Source of the DNA: Microgenomates group bacterium GW2011_GWC1_46_15
GTDB taxonomy: Bacteria > Patescibacteriota > Microgenomatia > UBA1400 > UBA12028
Assembly: GCA_001002285.1 (NCBI GenBank)
Contig: LCLX01000003.1
Coordinates: forward strand, 2,560 to 66,559
DNA: 64,000 bases
Reading direction: 5' to 3'
A program made the translations under genes and the position numbers. Positions 62,273 to 64,000 of the stretch are shown one piece after another; position 1 is the first letter of the stretch, and each line of letters opens with the position of its first letter. The notes beneath the pieces were generated by a model that worked only from the letters and a program-made list of their open reading frames with translations, was not told the DNA's origin and made no database searches.

Positions 62273-62794
62273 ATGGCAACCAGATATGCTCTCGTCGTTA
62301 TCATCCCAGATGAAATCCGCACCTCATTAGATGAAGCATACTTTAAAGTTTCTGGAAAACATCTCACGATAGCACACGCGCACATCACGATTCTTCCGCC
62401 GTTTTTTCTTGCACATATTGATGAGGTTGAACTCACACAAAAACTCGCATCGCTGCATATTCAACCATTCACCGCACACAATGAAACGTTTGGCGTGTTT
62501 CATCAGCAATCTGATATTGTGTATGTTTCTATTGAACCATTCGATGCATTTTCTGTGATATACGAACAGGCGCTTACTCTGTTGGAAGGGGTTATTACGT
62601 TTGATGTGGAACCATACGCGGATAAAAATCTGCCCCCGCTGCTTCCCCATCTTTCACTTGATTATCATGCAGAAAACGCGAAAGATAGTGTAGAAAAACT
62701 GAATGGGTACCATGTATCGCTCACATTTTCTGTTCAATCACTCGTCATATTGAAAGAAGTTGATGGCGTGTGGAGTCCTGTCACAACGATGTAG
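62273..62794 (+). CDS. 2H phosphoesterase superfamily protein (LigT / 2'-5' RNA ligase-like)
   Basis: 173 aa with two H-x-[TS]-x motifs (HLTIAH..., HLSLDY) at the spacing typical of LigT-like 2H enzymes. Confidence 0.5.
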   Translation: MATRYALVVIIPDEIRTSLDEAYFKVSGKHLTIAHAHITILPPFFLAHIDEVELTQKLASLHIQPFTAHNETFGVFHQQSDIVYVSIEPFDAFSVIYEQALTLLEGVITFDVEPYADKNLPPLLPHLSLDYHAENAKDSVEKLNGYHVSLTFSVQSLVILKEVDGVWSPVTTM

Positions 62795-62839
62795 TTTGAA
62801 ACAACTGTGGGCTCTTTACGAAAAAATACGGACTGATTT

Positions 62840-63679
62840 TCAAAGGTAGCGCGGCGAGTGCCCCCACCCACTCGCCGCGCCATCTTCACGCTCGGCTTTC
62901 GGCCTTGAATTTTTGTATATTCGAGTTGATCTTGGCAATCCTATGGCTAAAGAATATACCTTAGCTTTTGTGTTTGACACAATATCGTCAGGATGTTCCA
63001 GATACCATTTTACCCTACTAACATGAGTCCTGGGAGCTATATAGGATAACTGTGATCCCTCGTTTCTTCGTTCAGCCTCCTGCCGAATACCTTTCGCTAT
63101 TAATAATCTACGAGCATCTTCCATGTCAATTATAAATTTTTCAAATTTTTTTCTCTCGAGATCAAATGCCCCAATTCTAAGCACCTCTTGTATATTCATC
63201 CCTACTCCATTAAGCATGCTACAAAATGCCAAAAAACTTCCAAACTTGCCGGGGTCAACACTTATAAGTAATGGGCTTAGAGCAAATCTTAAACCTCCAT
63301 GGTAAATAGAATACATTGGGCCATTAGCAATGTCTGATACTGCAATTTCTCGTCCATATTTAGTAGCTAGTCCACTTACCTTGTTAAAAAACGAATTTAG
63401 GCCTTTTGCCTCTCCAGCATCTTTTGCCAATTTCCCCCAAATGGGGTTGTTATACACACTAGATTCCAATTCATAAGGAAAATATTCAACAAACACTAAT
63501 GAACTCTTTTGTATTTCACCCTCAATAGCTTGCCATGGATCTACTTCAGGCATTAGTTCTGGTTGATGATCACAGGAAACAAGGCTGATGGTCACTCCGT
63601 TTATATTTAGCCTTTCGATTTGAAGAGCATTTGGATCATTTACTAATTCTTGAATTTGGACGCCTGCTGATAATTCCAT
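62840..63679 (-). CDS. hypothetical protein (possible TraB/TIKI-like fold) encoded inside an inverted-repeat-flanked segment
   Basis: 279 aa, no confident family. The last about 18 codons are read from the left terminal inverted repeat, so the true stop may be earlier or the frame fortuitous. Confidence 0.35.
   Translation of the reverse strand: MELSAGVQIQELVNDPNALQIERLNINGVTISLVSCDHQPELMPEVDPWQAIEGEIQKSSLVFVEYFPYELESSVYNNPIWGKLAKDAGEAKGLNSFFNKVSGLATKYGREIAVSDIANGPMYSIYHGGLRFALSPLLISVDPGKFGSFLAFCSMLNGVGMNIQEVLRIGAFDLERKKFEKFIIDMEDARRLLIAKGIRQEAERRNEGSQLSYIAPRTHVSRVKWYLEHPDDIVSNTKAKVYSLAIGLPRSTRIYKNSRPKAEREDGAASGWGHSPRYL
62850..62904. repeat. 55-bp terminal inverted repeat (left copy) containing an 11-bp-stem GC hairpin. 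Its perfect partner is at 63945..window end
   Basis: CGCGGCGAGTGCCCCCACCCACTCGCCGCGCCATCTTCACGCTCGGCTTTCGGCC. Reverse complement found exactly at 63945-64000 (GGCCGAAAGCCGAGCGTGAAGATGGCGCGGCGAGTGGGTGGGGGCACTCGCCGCG). Confidence 0.85.
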
Positions 63680-63944
63680 AAGATTTAGAAATTCAGATTT
63701 TCTTTCTAAATTATACTGTATTCAAAGTTTCATTTCTCCCTTGTTTCATAATTTAAGTTTTGATATAGTTCTTGTTGGAACCAACATTTAGGAATTGCTT
63801 TTTTGATGGCGCAATCGGACAACGAGAAGCAATTCTTAGTTGGTTCCACCGGTTGCGCCTTTAAAGTTCTAAGATCGCTCTTTTAAAATTTTTACGTTTT
63901 TCTTTGTTCCGCCTTTGGCGGAATGTCCGAACCGACTTTTTGCG

Positions 63945-64000
63945 AGGCCGAAAGCCGAGCGTGAAGATGGCGCGGCGAGTGGGTGGGGGCACTCGCCGCG
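63945..64000. repeat. 55-bp terminal inverted repeat (right copy, may extend beyond the window)
   Basis: Exact reverse complement of 62850-62904. Confidence 0.85.

Noticed and set aside
60900-64000. Search for a 16S rRNA gene upstream of 23S
   Set aside because: No 16S hallmark sequences (e.g. GTGCCAGCAGCCGCGGTAA and its complement) were found between the tRNA-Ala(UGC) and the window end, or elsewhere in the window. The rRNA operon appears unlinked.

Overview
The window is 64 kb of a compact bacterial genome with mostly minus-strand housekeeping genes. Gene content suggests a Candidate Phyla Radiation / Patescibacteria-like lineage; this is an inference from content, not a database result. 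Housekeeping genes found: ndk, M16 peptidase, argS, comEC (split into two ORFs), comEA, leuS, obg, a LysM/M23 peptidase, rho, radA and rpsA. RNA genes: tRNA-Pro(CGG), three tRNA-Ala isoacceptors (CGC, GGC, UGC), a 5S rRNA, and an intron-riddled 23S rRNA with no 16S in the window. The 23S gene is about 5.9 kb. It appears to carry five group I introns (recognisable R/S core elements), two with intact LAGLIDADG homing-endonuclease ORFs and one a degenerate duplicate. The accessory content centres on a 16.1 kb ORF (5377 aa). It has N-terminal tandem integrase-SAM-like domains, one TM helix, LamG x5, a DUF2341-like segment, phage-tail-collar-like x3 and a Peptidase_G2-like autochaperone motif. A tandemly duplicated pair of surface genes (secreted protein + signal/C-terminal-anchor protein, twice) follows a membrane protein and precedes a large membrane protein. 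One copy has a G10 tract in the spacer of a near-consensus promoter (phase-variation candidate). There are three tandem type IV pilin genes next to a polytopic membrane/TPR protein. A DinJ/YafQ-like toxin-antitoxin pair sits between two tRNA-Ala genes. A roughly 160 bp composite palindromic repeat occurs in four intergenic copies plus fragments. A gene at the window end is flanked by 55 bp perfect inverted repeats. A 5'-truncated LamG-repeat protein lies at the window start.
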